Below, piece by piece: positions 1-14,887 of a stretch of 64,000 nucleotides of DNA. Position 1 is the first letter of the stretch; each line of letters starts with the position of its first letter. Source of the DNA: Dictyostelium discoideum. Its lineage: Eukaryota. The notes below the pieces were generated by a model, which saw nothing but the letters and a program-made list of their open reading frames with translations, did no database searches and was not told the DNA's origin. The translations under genes and the position numbers were made by a program. Where the stretch lies: the NCBI GenBank assembly GCA_000004695.1, contig CM000152.2, positions 1,152,001 to 1,216,000 of the forward strand, in the 5' to 3' direction.

Positions 1-306
1 AAAAAAAAAAAAAAAAAAAAAAATAAATAAAAAGATTTTTTGTTGACTTTAGACCTTTATTTTGTTAAAAAAAGGAAATCATCACAAACAAAACGATTCT
101 TTTCCCGCCATTATTTTTTTTTAAAAAAAAAAAGTTTTTTCACAAATTCCAATTTTTTTTTTTTTTTTTTAAAAATAAATTTTGTTCTCCTCAAAAAAAA
201 AAAAAAATTAAAAGAAAAATATATATATGTAAATATACTATTTTAAAAAGTTTAACATAAATAGATAAATAGATAAAAAATAAAATAAAACAAAAATTAA
301 AATAAA

Positions 307-877
307 ATGTCACAAGATCACTCAGTTTCAAAAAGACTACAAAGCGAATTAATGAATTTAATGGTAAGGAAATATTACATATATAATATACACAAAAAAA
401 AAAAAAAAAAAAAAAAAGTATTAATATTAATTATTTATTTATTTATTATTATTATTTATTTTAAAATATAAGATGGGACCAAGTCCAGGTATTTCAGCAT
501 TTCCAGATGGTGATAATATATTTAATTGGATTGGTACAATTCAAGGAGCTAAAGATACAGTTTATGAACAAATGGAATTTAAGATGTCATTAAAGTTTCC
601 AACTGATTATCCATATAAACCACCAACAGTTAAATTTGAAACTCAATGTTTTCATCCAAATGTAGATAATAATGGTAACATTTGTTTGGACATTCTCAAA
701 GATAAATGGTCACCAGTTTACAATGTTAGAAGTTTATTAATCTCAATTCAATCCTTATTGGGTGAACCAAACAATGAATCACCTTTAAATTCATATGCTG
801 CAAGCTTATGGTCAAACCAAGATGAATATAAAAAAGTTTTAGATAAAAGATATCAAGAAGCAACTTCAAGACCATAA
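307..877 (+). CDS. ube2c: Ubiquitin-conjugating enzyme E2 C (UbcH10-like); exons 307..363 and 473..877
   Basis: UBC fold with the active-site motif [40 protein letters not shown]. The N-terminal exon ([19 protein letters not shown]) joins via a GTAAGG donor at 364 and an AG acceptor at 471-472, giving a protein near-collinear with human UBE2C. Confidence 0.85.
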
Positions 878-884
878 ATTTAAG

Positions 885-938
<54 letters not shown>

Positions 939-1088
939 TTATATTATCATCATCGTCATCGTCCATAATAGGATTGTTGGCTAATTTTCAATCAAACTTT
1001 TTTTTTTTTTCTTTTTATTTTTTTATTTTTTTTTTTTTAAGCAACACTTTGAATAATGATTATTCCTTAACGCTTATATATAATATAT

Positions 1089-1126
<38 letters not shown>

Positions 1127-1852
1127 GTTTTCCAAATTTTTTAAATTACTTTTTTTTTTTTTTGAAATAAAAAAAAAAAATTTTATTAAAAAAAAAATCC
1201 ATTATTATAAAAAAAAAAAAAAAAAAGAGGAAAATCTCGATTAGATCTAATTCAGATTTAATCCATTTTTTTTTTATCCATTTTTTTTTTTTTTTTTTTT
1301 TTTTCTATAATTTTTTTCTCTTATTTTTTTTTTTTTTTTTTTTTTGCCAAAATAAAAATAAAAAAAAAAAAACAAATATTTACATCAGGTTTATATTTTT
1401 TTTATTTCTAAATAATAATTATTAATTTAAAGGTTTTTTTTTTATTTTTTTATTTTTTTTTTTTTTTTAAATAAAAATCAATAAATGATTTATTATAAAA
1501 GCACTAAAAATATTTTTGTTTTATTTCTAATAAATAAAAATAATAAATAAATATATGACGTGGGAAGAACAATTTCTTATGAAATGACGAGCATGGTCGG
1601 AAACAAAAAAAAAAAAAAAAAAAAAAAAATAACCACAAAGTAAAAATAAACATGAAAATAAATAAATAAATAAATAAAATTATTTGTTTTATTTTTATTT
1701 TTTTATTTTTTATTTGTTGTTTTTTTTTTTTAATTTTTTTTTAATTTTTTTATTTTTTTTTATTTATTTAAAATAAAATATTTTAAAATTTTAACACCAT
1801 TTGTATTTGCTGTTGCCATCATTGTTGGCCAAAATTATTTTAAAAAAAAAAG

Positions 1853-1894
<42 letters not shown>

Positions 1895-1907
1895 AAAAAA
1901 AAAAAAT

Positions 1908-1938
<31 letters not shown>

Positions 1939-2207
1939 CAGTTTGCAACATTAAAAAAAAAAAAAATCAAATTGGGGGTGGAAAAATATTTGGGTGATCG
2001 TAACAAAACATTACCTAAATTTGTAACAACAACACAACAATAATAATAACAATACCAATAATAATATAATACAATTTTTATAAATTTTTTAATTTTTTTT
2101 TTTTTTAAAAAAAAACAAAAACAAAAACAAAACCAATTATAAAAATATAAAAATATAACCTTTTTGTAATAACAACCTTAAAATTAAAAATAAATATTGT
2201 GTAATTT

Positions 2208-2238
<31 letters not shown>

Positions 2239-2368
2239 ATTTTATTTATTTTTTTTTCTTTTTTTTTATTTATATTTATTTTATTTTAAAATAATTATTT
2301 AAAAGATAGTATATAAAATAAATAAATAAATAAGCGAATTGTCATACTTTCACACCCACCCACAACAG

Positions 2369-5300
2369 ATGAATAGTATTGAAAGTTCTTCTAATGATAG
2401 CAATGAGATAAATAAAAATTCAAACAAAAATAATACACACTTAAACTCCAACTATAATAATATTTATAAAAATAATAGCACTAGTAGTAATAATAATAAT
2501 AATCATAATAATATTGAAATTATTGGGATAGATAATAATAAAAATAATAATAAAAATAATAACGATAATAATAATAATAATAATAATATAGATAAAAAAA
2601 GAAAGGATAGTAAAAATAAACAAAACCAAGAAATAAATCAAGAAATGTCAGAAAATAAAAAAATTTATAATAGTAATGATAGTAATTGTAGTAGTGGTAG
2701 TAGTAGTGGAGGACATGTAAATAATGGTCATCATATATTAATTGAAGAGAATGAAAGATTAGAACATGAAAATCAAGAGATTCAAGAAATTTATAAACAA
2801 AAGGGTATGGAATTTCAAAAAAAAGATTTAAGATTTGGATATGATGTTAATAGTAATAATAATAATAATAATGGTGGTGGTAGTAGCAGTGGTAGTAGCA
2901 GTGGTGGTAGTGATGAATCTGCTTCAAATCAACCTATAATTAGAACTAGAAATAGAGAAGGTTCAATTTTAAATTTAAAGGTAAATTAAAAAAAAAAAAA
3001 GAAAAAAAAAAATCCAGGATTTCCAATATTTTCCAAGAAATTTCTTTATTTATTATATTAACTATTAAAAAATAAAAAATAAAAAAATAAAAAAAAATTA
3101 TTTAGAAACAAGGTCTTGTAAAAGAAATTAGTCAAAGATTTCAAACACCAGATACAGCATCATATACAAGACCAAATGCAAATAATATTTCAATTAAAGA
3201 TAAAATTTCTATATTAAAAAAGGAGCAAGAAAGAAGAAAACAAGATTCAGAAGTACAACAACGAGAAAAGGTTATAGTATTATCAGCAGATAGTTCAAAT
3301 ATTCAAATTTATCATCCCTCTGTTTTAATAGAAAAAATGAATAGTAAATTGGATACCGAAGAAAAGCCAGCAACAACGACAACAACTACTACTACAACAT
3401 CAACATCAATATCAACATCAACACCAACAACTACTACTACTACTACAACTAATACTTCTACTACTAATGATATTACAATTAAACCAAAAACATCACCAAC
3501 AAAAAATAATGAAGAAAGATCACAATCACCAATTACAACACCAAAACAACCAGTTGAAGAAATTGTTAAAAAAGTATCAACACCAAAATCAAATAATACT
3601 TCTAAAAAGACATCATCCGATACAACACCAACAGGAAAAACAACTAAAAAAGATAAAAAAGATAAAAAAGATAAATCAAGAGATAGTGGTAATTTAGTAA
3701 TTGTTAATAATACTAATAATACTAGTAGTAATAATAACAATAATAATAATAATAATAATAATAATGAAACAATTATAAAACGTAGAGGTAGAGTTTTAGT
3801 TACACCATCAAGTGATTTAAAAAAGAATATTCAAATTTATTTTACAATTCCAATAAATCCACCAGTAAATAAAACCAATAAACCAAATCAATTATTATCA
3901 AATACATCACAACAATTTTTAAAAACATTAATTTCAAATGAAATTCCAATCGATTGTAAAATCAATGATATCAACGATACTGATGCATTTTCCGATTTAT
4001 CAGCATCAGCATCATCATCATCATTTATAACAAAATCATCACAATCATTATTAAATGTGCAATCATTAAGAGTTAAAGCAATTAAAACATCATTTAATAT
4101 TTTATTTTTAATGCCAAATCAATCTAAAAAGATTTTACAAGTTAAAGGTTCAGATACAATTGAAAATTTAAAAGAAAGAATAATTTCAGATTATTTATTT
4201 AATAATAATAGTAATAATAATAATAATAATTGTAAATATGGAGCAGATTCTTATTTAATATTAGATTTTAATGATAATCCAATGGAAAGAAGTTTAGTAT
4301 TGAATAAAAGTGATTATATATTAGATAAAAGAGCACAAGGTTTAATACCAAAATTAAAAGTTATTGAAAAATCAACAATTTTAGATTCAGATCCATCTGA
4401 TGAATTATCACCAAGTGAATATGAAATTATTAGAAAATTAATACCAGGTACAGATACATGGAGAGGTGAAGAAGTTGAATACTTTAGAAGAGTTACAAGT
4501 AGATTAAGATATGAAGCATTACCATTGATTAAAGGATCAATTCAGTCTACTCTATTGGTTAGATTATCACCATTACCAATACCAATAGTTGGTAATAAAA
4601 TATTGATTTCTATATTTTTACCAATTACTCAAGTTACTAAAACATTGGATTTGGAATTGAATGAAACTGCCGATCAATTTACAAATAGATTATTTACAAA
4701 AAATTATTCAAAACATTTACCAAATGTAAATTCAAATGATTTCATATTAAAAGTAGTTGGTAGTTCAGATTTTATTCATGGTCCACATGATATTCGTACT
4801 TTTGAATCAATTAGAAATCATATAATTCAAGGTACAAAACCACAATTAACATTAATTCAAAGACCAAAACCAGAATTAGATCCACAACCATTTAAACCAC
4901 GTTTTGATTATCCACCAGAATTAATAATTGATCATAGTTGTAGTAATGCAATTAATTGTAATAATAATAATACAAATAGTACAAATAATAATAATATAAA
5001 TTTTGATAATTGGGATCAAATTACACATATTTCTATTAGAGAAATTAAAAAACCATTTAGAGTTAAAGTTATGGGATCAACTAGAATACCATTATCATGT
5101 ATTAAAGATATTGATAGTAGTAGTGTTATTGTTTCAATTTCATTATATCATGGTATTGAATGTTTTTCAAAAGCATTCACTCAACCAATTATACCACCAC
5201 CATTTGCATTTTTAGCTGAAACTTTATCAGTTGATTGGTGTGAATGGTTAGTTTTTACAAATATTGATTATTCAAATTTACCAGTGGATGCACGTTTATC

Positions 5301-7209
5301 AATTAGTGTCTATAGTGCAAATGAAACAGTTGATGATGTTGAAGAAATTAAAAATCTTGATGAAGCAACTAAAAAGTTAACACCAATTGGTTGGATTAAT
5401 GTTATGATTACTGATTTTAAATATCAACTTAGACAAGGTATGGTAGAATTATCGTTATGGCCATCTGATTTTTCAAATCCACTTGGTACTTGCTCAAATA
5501 ATCCATCAAGTAGTCAATCAGTTGGTTTAACATTAGAATTTGAAGAATTTAATTTACCAGTTTTATTCCCAAGAAAAACTAAATTCTCTACAAGTGTCTC
5601 AGTTATTGAACAACCACCAACCAATATAAATTCAAATGAAATGAGAGAATTCTTTGAGCAAATTACAGCATTAGACCCATTATCAGATTTAAAACAAGAG
5701 AAATATAATCAACTTTGGACTTTAAGACATTATTCAATTTTATTCCCACAAGTTTTACCAAGATTAATGTTAAGTGTACCATGGACTCAAGCAACTGCAG
5801 TAGATGAAGCAATTTCATTACTTGATAGATGGCCAAAACTTAAACCTTATGAATCATTGGAATTATTGGATGCAAAACATGCAAATAGAAAAGTTAGAGA
5901 ATTTGCAGTTACATGTTTAGAGGATCTTAGTGAAGATGAACTATTAGATATTCTATTACAATTAGTACAGGTTTTAAAATATGAACCATTCCATGATTCA
6001 AAATTATCAAGATTCTTATTAAGAAAAGCAATTTTAAATAGAAATATTGGTCATTCATTCTTTTGGTATTTAAAATCAGATTTACATGATAGTAATTTAT
6101 CAGAAAGATTTGGTATACTTTTGGAATCTTATTTGTATGCATGTGGTGCACATAGAATTGAGTTATTAAAACAAATGGAAGTTATTAATAATTTAACAGA
6201 GGTTGCAAAGAAAATTAAACCATTAAAAGATCAAGATAGAAGAGAATTTATGATTAAAGAATTTGAAAGTTTAGAATGGCCAAAACGATTTCATCTTACT
6301 TTAAATCCACGTTTTGAATCAAATGGTTTAATAATTAATAAATCAAAATATATGGATAGTAAAAAGTTACCTCTAAGATTATCTTTTACAAATACCGATA
6401 TGAACGCTGACCCTATTGAAGTGATTTTCAAAGCTGGTGATGATTTAAGACAAGATATGTTAACTTTACAAATGATTAGATTAATGGATAAGTTATGGCA
6501 AAAAGAAGGTTTAGATTTAAAATTATCTCCCTATGGCTGTATTTCAACTGGTGATATGATTGGTATGATTGAAGTGGTGTTAAATTCTGAAACCACTGCT
6601 AAAATTCAAAAAAGTGAAGGTGGTGGCGCTGCTTCCGCTTTCAAGTTGGATCCTTTGGCCAATTGGATATTGCAACATAATAAAAGTGATATGGAATATC
6701 AAAAAGCTGTAGACACATTCATACTCTCTTGTGCTGGTTATTGTGTTGCAACTTATGTACTTGGAATTGGTGATAGACATAATGATAATTTAATGGTTAC
6801 AAAAGGTGGTAGATTATTTCATATTGATTTCGGTCATTTCCTTGGTAATTATAAAAAGAAATTTGGTTTCAAAAGAGAACGTGCTCCTTTTGTTTTCACT
6901 CCTGATTTTTGTTATGTAATGGGTGGTAAAGAATCTTTTAAATTTAGTCAGTTTGTAAATTATTGTTGTACCGCTTATAATATCGTTAGAAAGAATGCTA
7001 AATTATTTATGAATTTATTCGCTATGATGGTTTCTACTGGTATTCCAGAATTACAATCTATGGAAGATTTAAATTATTTAAAAGAATCTTTTTCAATAGA
7101 ATTATCTGATGAAAAAGCAAGGGAGAAATTTGTTGCTTTAATTCATGAAAGTTTAGCTACAAAAACTACTCAACTTAATAATTTTTTTCATCATCTTGCA
7201 CATGCTTAG
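2369..7209 (+). CDS. pikA: Class I phosphatidylinositol 3-kinase catalytic subunit with an Asn-rich N-terminus, Ras-binding/C2/helical region and PI3/PI4-kinase catalytic domain; exons 2369..2980 and 3106..7209 (1571 aa)
   Basis: The catalytic region carries FKAGDDLRQDMLTLQMIRLMDKLW and GIGDRHNDNLMVTKGGRLFHIDFGHFLGN (DRH and DFG motifs). The first ATG after an in-frame stop is 2369, because the ORF-track start at 2339 is a TTG. A phase-0 intron runs from the AAG|GTAAAT donor at 2981 to the TTTAG acceptor at 3105, and both exons are open in frame. The spliced length of 1571 aa matches my recollection of D. discoideum PI3K1. Confidence 0.85.
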
Positions 7210-7218
7210 TCAGCCAAT

Positions 7219-7253
<35 letters not shown>

Positions 7254-7929
7254 AAAACAAAACAAAAACAAAACAAAAAAAAAAAAACAAAACAAATAAA
7301 TTATTTAAAAAAACAAAATAAAATAAATAAACTTTTTTAATATAGTTTTAATTAAAAATAATTATTTGAATATTTTTTTTATTTTTTATTTTTTTTTTAT
7401 TTTTGGGGTAAATCTATTTTTTGTTTTTTTTTTTATTAATTTATCCGAATATTACCCCTCTAAAAATGACCCTAAAATATTTTTTATTTCTGACAGACAA
7501 TATAATAATTATTTTATAATTAAAAATTTCTAAAAATGGAAAATAATTTGGGTCCATAGATTTTTTATGGTAATTAAAATGCATTATTTTTAAAAAAAAA
7601 AAAAAAAAATTCCCAAAAAAATAATTTTTAATAATATTAAAAATAAGTTACAATTTTTTTGAAATTTTTTCCCTTTCGTCTCTTTATAGATATCAATACT
7701 AATTTTAAGTCTCCTTTGACTTAATTTTTTAAAAATTATTCCCAAAAATGTTGGATAGTAACTCGCTCTAGAATCAACAATTTTAAATTCTGAAACCCAT
7801 CAAAAATATCCATCAAAATCAATTTGGTTTTATATCACAACCTACAGGTAGGTATATCAAATCAAAAAATTGACAAAGGTATTTTATAAGCTAACAAAAG
7901 AATTAATTCATTATTAAAAGACAAATAAG

Positions 7930-9600
7930 GAATAATTATTCATATATAGATTCAGTTTTTAGTGAAATAATTGATGTTTTAATAAAATCAAATACTTCAA
8001 ATCCATTTCCTTCTTCAGAATTTTCAAATGGTATATATGAATTTTTCTTCAAAAAATTTATTAAAAATCAACAATCACCAAAATCAATTTTTTATTTATT
8101 CTTTGGATTAAAACCTAAATTAAGAGAATATGATGTAGATTTGGTAATAGATTTATTCCTTAAAGAAAGTTTAGATAATCAATCTTTGTTTTATAGATTA
8201 TTTTCATCTTCATATTTGTGTAATCGAGAATTAGTTTTAAATAATCTTTTTGATAGATTTGTCAAGTCTGAAAATAGGAATTTTAACATAATAGATAAAT
8301 TACTTCGTTTATTATAAGTTCATAGATTTGGTACTATTAAAAAATCAAAAACCTTCCAAACATTGAAATCCTTTGTTAATGGTAATGATTATCCAATTTT
8401 TTTGGATTTCAAGGTCTTATTATCCATTTTTCTCTCAAAAAAACTTGGGTTCAATTTATTTGATCATTTTAAAAATGATTTATTACCAGATTTTTTTAAA
8501 AATTACAATCAGTCTTTCATTATTTTAAAAAACAATTTTCCAAAATTTTTTAACAATTTTTCGCTAAACCATTATAATGCAGAGCCTTTATTAGTGTAAG
8601 TTTAATACATGATAAAATAAAATAATAATAATAATCTTTATTTATTAATTGTTCTTTTTTTTTTTTTTTAAAAATTAATTCCAGTTTATTAAATTCAAAT
8701 GGTTGGACCATCTTCAATAGTACCATCAAAAATTTTAGTTAATTACTTAAATCAATTTCTAATAATTTCTGAATCAATTGAAGAACCAATTTTTACTTCA
8801 AATTTTCAAGTTTTTTGTACAGTTTGTAATACTCTAACTAAATCAAATCCAATAATATTTGAATTTTCAGTAAATCGATCAAATGATATACAAAGTTGTG
8901 TTGAAAATAGTTTATACAAGTAAACTGGTCAAATTGAATTTTGTAAAAATTGTAAAAAAGATAATATTGGAAGACTATCTTTAAATAATATTCCATCACA
9001 TTTATTAATCTCTATTGATAGAGTAAAAAATGGTGAAATTTCATTCCAATCATTCAATTTAATTGAAAAAATAAGTATTGGTGATTTTAGTTTTATTGGT
9101 AATCCAATTCCATTAAATAATCAATTACATTCAATCATTATGTCAAATGGTGAAAAAAGTTCAATTCATATTAATCAAATTGAAAATAAAGCAATTAGAT
9201 GTACGAGTGGACATATATCATATTAATAGAAATGATTTTTTGGATTATGAAAAAAGAAATTCAATTTTAATAATTTATAAAAATAAAAATAATAACAATA
9301 ACAATACGAATAATATAAATAATAATATTATTTATAATAATAACCAATTTGAAATTATTAAAGATATAAATAATTTTAATAATTTATCCAAACAACAAAT
9401 TATTGATAGTGGTCTCAATAACTATTTGGTTACTTGGGTAAATAAATTACCAATTGGTGAAAATCAACTTTTTGAAATTTCCAAGAATTTAGAGACAAAT
9501 AACATAAATAATTTCAAAAATGCTTTTTCAATTTCAGATTGGGACTCTATCATCAGTACAAATGGTCCCAAGAATATATTTTTAGAATACCTTAGATAAC
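7930..9600 (+). pseudogene. Cluster of frame-shifted ORF fragments (ORFs 8363..8599, 8699..8923, 9147..9599 plus an unlisted 134-codon open frame 7949..8328 that lacks an ATG); possible decayed gene or an unresolved multi-exon gene
   Basis: Coding-like composition lies between two convergent gene ends, but the reading frame switches at least three times and there is no credible initiator. I recognise no conserved domain. A GTAAGT/CCAG intron candidate at 8597..8686 does not restore a single frame. Confidence 0.2.
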
Positions 9601-9693
9601 AATAAAAATAAATAAAAATAATAATAATTAATTAAAAGATAAATAAATAAATTAAACTTTTATTTTTTAAAAAAACATATTATTGTAAAGAAT

Positions 9694-12600
9694 TTAATTT
9701 AAACTTTCAATAAAATCTTTTAAAGTTTTTAAAATTTCATTAAAAGTGAAACCATCGATTGGATTCCAACATTTATGAATAAAGTTTTTAATGTTTGGAT
9801 CAATTTTATCTAAACCTATTGATGGTTTTTCTTGGCCAAATTTGCGAGTATCACCAACTAAAATTTCATCAATTAGTAATTCATAAGATAAGACTGCAAA
9901 TGAATGAATATTATACTTTAGTGAACTACTATTATTACTATTATTACTATTATTATTATTATTATTATTATTATTGTTGTTGTTATTATTATTATTATTA
10001 CTATTATTACTGTTATTAAAATCATTGTTTTGTTTTGGATCTCTTATAATTGAAATTTCTCTGGTTAAATTAATTGGTGTATCAACTCTTTCTATATAAT
10101 TATTACAAGCTAATCCTTTAATAGTTTTACTTGATGTTAGATCTAATACTTTAGCACAAACCTCTGCATTTTCATTGGTATCATAAAGGAAAATATTTCT
10201 AGCTCTTAGAGTTTTTTGAATGATTGAACTTTGTTGAAGGAATTTACAACCTTTGGCAACATCAATAAGAATTCTAATCTTTTGAGTGATTGACATTTTT
10301 AGTTTCTTTTTTGAAATTATATAATCCAAACTTCCAAGGGGTGGATATTCAAAGGCTAAACATAAATAATCCTTTGAAATTACACAACCAATCAATGGTA
10401 AAATATTTTGATGTTTTAATCTACTAATAATATTTAATTCTCTATAAGCTTCTTCACAATTTTTTGTTTTTAACTTTATCAATTTAAGTAAAGCATTTTT
10501 ATCTCCAACTGTTCCTCTATATAATATCTCCCATGAATATTTCTCTATCAACTCTTGGAAATGAATATCATTAAAATCCAATCTTGTCGAGGATTCACTT
10601 TCAACCTTTATTTTGAGTAGAGTATACATTTCTTTAATATTATTTGAATTGATTTGAATTGAAAAATTTTCAAAAAACCTTGTTGTACAATGTAAAGTAA
10701 TTGAAAATTTTATTGAAAATGTTTCACCTGGACCAAGATCAAATGATGAATGATCTGATGTAAAAGTGGCTGAATGATTATCCATTGGTAAAATTAAAAA
10801 TGCTGTAAATCTTATTGTTGAATCATTTGTAATTGAAAGAGTATCATAATAGGTTTCACCTAATTTTGCTTTTCCATTAATTAAACCAAATGTTATTATA
10901 CTTTGATTAAACCTTAATGGGAAATTTGAAAAATCTTTAAAATCTGATAATGCGCAACATGTCAATATATCATTTGTTGTTCTAAATGAAAAATCTAATC
11001 TCTTTTCTCTTTTTAATATTTCAAATGCTAATTTTTGAAATTCTAAAGTTTGAAATTCATCTGGAAATGTACTATTTATAATTGGTATTGTATCATTACT
11101 AATTTCATCAATTTTAAAACTTTCTAATTTATTTGAATAAATTTGATAATTATTATTACCATTACTGTTACTATTACTATTACTATTACTATTACTATTA
11201 ATATTAATATTACTATTACTATTACTATTATTATTACTGTTACTATTATTATTATTATTATTATTATTACTATTACTATTACTATAATTACTATTACAAT
11301 TACTATAAATAATATTATTACTATTATTATTATTACTATTATTATTATTATTATTATTATTAAAATAATTATTATTATTTAAACTTTGATTTTTAAATTT
11401 ATATCTATTATTATTTTTTGGTATTTGATTATTAAATATTGAATCTGATGATATTGTATCTAATATTGATATTGATGGATAAGATGAATGACTTGTAATT
11501 TTTGGTAAAACTTTAATTTCAATTTCATTATTTTGGGCATATTCAATATCTTTATTTGATTTTGAGAGGAATTGAGATAATCTTTTTCTATGTTTAACTA
11601 TTAAAATTGTAATGATTGATAAAGCCAAAGATCCTAAAACTATTGATAAAACAATTGCCAAAATAGCTGGTTTACTAGCTTTAACACTTTCAATGGGTAA
11701 TAAGGTTGGTGTTATTGGATCAATAATTTGAGGTAATGAATCACTAACTGAAAAGATTGCCAATGATGTTAAATAAATATCACCACGACTTGTGAATGAA
11801 ATATTTAAAAAATCGAGTGATTGTGTGTTATTATAAACAAATGTTAAATTTTTTGAAAAAGGTTGATCGCCAGCGAATGGTTCCATCACTAAAACTGGAT
11901 TTTTTTGAATAGATACAGATAATGGACTTGAATATTGATCGATTGGTTTATAAAAAGTGAAAAATAATTGAACTTGTAAAGTTGCTATTGATTTATTAAT
12001 AAATAAATCAATTATAACTGGATCATATTGAACATCTGATGTAATTCCCCAAGAAAATAAACTATTTAATGTTGATGAGGCTGTAACATTTGGTAAACCA
12101 CCAACATATTTTGCATTACTTGAAAGTTGGCAACCTAAAGTTTTTATACAACCACCTTGAAATTTTAAACCATCCAATTCATTTATTTTATTATTATTAT
12201 CATTAACTAATTGATTATTATTTGTTGTTGTTGGTGTTGATGTTGATGTTGATGTTGATGTCGATGTTGGTGTTGGAGTTGGTATTATTGTTGTTGATGT
12301 TGGATCAATCATTTGCCAACCAGCATTAAATAAAGATTGTCCATAAACAGTTATAATTGGAAAATCAATTATAAAATAATAACTTGAATCTTTAGAATAT
12401 TCATTTTTAATTGTAACACGAATATTATGATTACCTAATTTTTCAGATACATAAAGAAAACTACATTTTGTTGAGATTGGATTATATTGAACCTCTTTTG
12501 ATTCCATACCATTGGATGAGAAAATACAAATGATTGGAGTTTTTAAACCCATATTATTCAATTTAACTGAAAGAGAAACTGAAGAATTGAAAAACATTTT

Positions 12601-14399
12601 ATGAGGTTCATTTGGATAAACAGTTTCAACTTTTAATGAATCCAAAACACTTTTACTAAAATAATAAATTGGAGTAATCGATGACCCAAATACTTTTTCA
12701 GGTGGTTCAGTTGTTTCTGGTGACCCATAAATATAAGTATTTTGAAAGTTTGTGACTGTAGTTGTTGTTTCATCAAAAAACTTTTGTGTTGAAGTTAAGT
12801 TTGTATTAAAACTTGAATTTATAAAATCTAATCTTGAAACTGTACCATTGAATGAAAAATTTTCGGTTGCATTTAAATTATTAAATACTAATGCACTATT
12901 TGGTAAATAAGCTGAAACTGTATCTGATGCTACTAAATCTTTAATTGTAAAAAATCTTCCTGGTGAATTACCATTATTATTAATATTTAAAAGATAATGA
13001 TTTTGTGAATTATTATTATTATTATTATCATCATTATTATTATTTTCATTATTAATATTTAATAAGTTAAAATTGTTTGTATTATTATTATTATCATTAT
13101 TATTATTATTTAATTTATAAAAATAAGTTGAATTATTAATTTTAAAATCAACAGGATATTGAATTAAATTTGAAAATAAAATTGAAGTATTTGTACAAGG
13201 TGAGTAACAATCATTATCAAAACCTGTTATAATGGACCTATTACCAATGAAATTAAAATTAAGAGCAATCAATTGAGAAATAAAAGTATCATTTATTGAT
13301 TGAACATTTGGAGATAATGAATAGATTCCATTACCTTCAAATCCATAATCCATACTAAAAGGTGAAGGAAAATTGATAGGGGAATTTAAACCGAACGGTT
13401 GTGGTAGTGGTGGTATTAAAAAGTAATGATTTAATTTTGATTTTATAAATTCAGTGCCATATTGAGCGATTAAATTTGAACCTGATTTACTAACTATTAA
13501 ACTCTCTGATAATGATACATTTGAACTAACGAAAATGAGTGGTGCTCTAGATTCTTTAACTCTATCAATGATAGCACAACCTTTTATAACTACACTATTT
13601 GAAAATTCTATATACAATGAGTTTCTAAATCTTTGATTTTCACCCTTTATTATATCGATCACTTGATTTGGTTTATCATTTGAGAAAATTAATTTCGTAT
13701 CATTATAAAGTTTATTGGTGGTTTTACCTATTGAATCCAATGTAAAATTTTCAATTTGAACTTGTGAATCACCAGTTATATATATAGATGATCCAACAGT
13801 CGATGTAGAATCTATAAATGATTCACTTGAACCACCTAATAAATATTTACAATTAAAATGAACTATTATATTTTTATCATTTTTTGAAATTGGTAAACAA
13901 TTGGTTCCTCTTAATGATGACGATGATGATGATGTTAAATTAATTTTATCATTACTTGCTCCAAATGAAAATGAACATGTTTGACCTTCTGAAATTTGTT
14001 GACTATAAATTGTAACTTTTGAACCTAAATATATATTGTTTGTCAATGATCCTATTTTTTTGAAATCTTCAATTTGTAATTGATAATCATCAATTCTAGT
14101 GGCTTGGAAAATTCTTTTTTTCTCTCCAATCAATGATAATGATCCTCCCAAAACCATCATACCTGGAAAGAAATTAAATGGATCCATTTTTGAATTATAA
14201 GGATCTAAATCTGTAAATCTGATACTTGATTTACTATTTAATACACCACCTGGTAATATAAATAAAGCTCCAACATTAAAAAATGATATACCTTCTGGAA
14301 TTTCTAATGTTCCTTCAATACATAATACATTAATTTTATAAATTGGTATTCCACCATTACCAACTCTGTATTTCATTTTTGTCCCTATTTAATAATTAT

Positions 14400-14439
<40 letters not shown>

Positions 14440-14498
14440 ATTAGTTATTTTTGACCTTCATAGTTTTTTTTTTGATTTTGATCAGTTTTTTTTTTTTT

Positions 14499-14531
<33 letters not shown>

Positions 14532-14856
14532 CGAAAAAAAAAAAAAAAAAAAAACAGTGATAAAAATTTTATATAGGTACCTCTTGTTATCATTAAATTT
14601 GAAGATTCTTGTGCACCGGGAAATGATGATCTACCAAAATATAATGAACCAGGTATGTTTTGAATAGTACCTTCACAAATATCAGGATAAAATAAATCAT
14701 GAAACGATGATGAATATATGGTTTTATTATTTCTTTCGATCTGAATTTTTGAAAATTGTTGAAATTTATCAATCTTTTTTAAGTTATAATATCCAGGTGG
14801 AGTATCAATTAATTCACATTCTGAACCTATTTTTAAAAATTAAAAGTTAGTATTAT

Positions 14857-14887
<31 letters not shown>

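Noticed and set aside
3312-3740. 142-aa minus-strand ORF (poly-L/V) antisense to the pikA Thr/Asn-rich region, and a 76-aa plus-strand ORF at 3467..3697
   Set aside because: Low-complexity mirror or offset frames of the (ACA/ACT/AAT)n coding repeats of pikA, with no independent signals.
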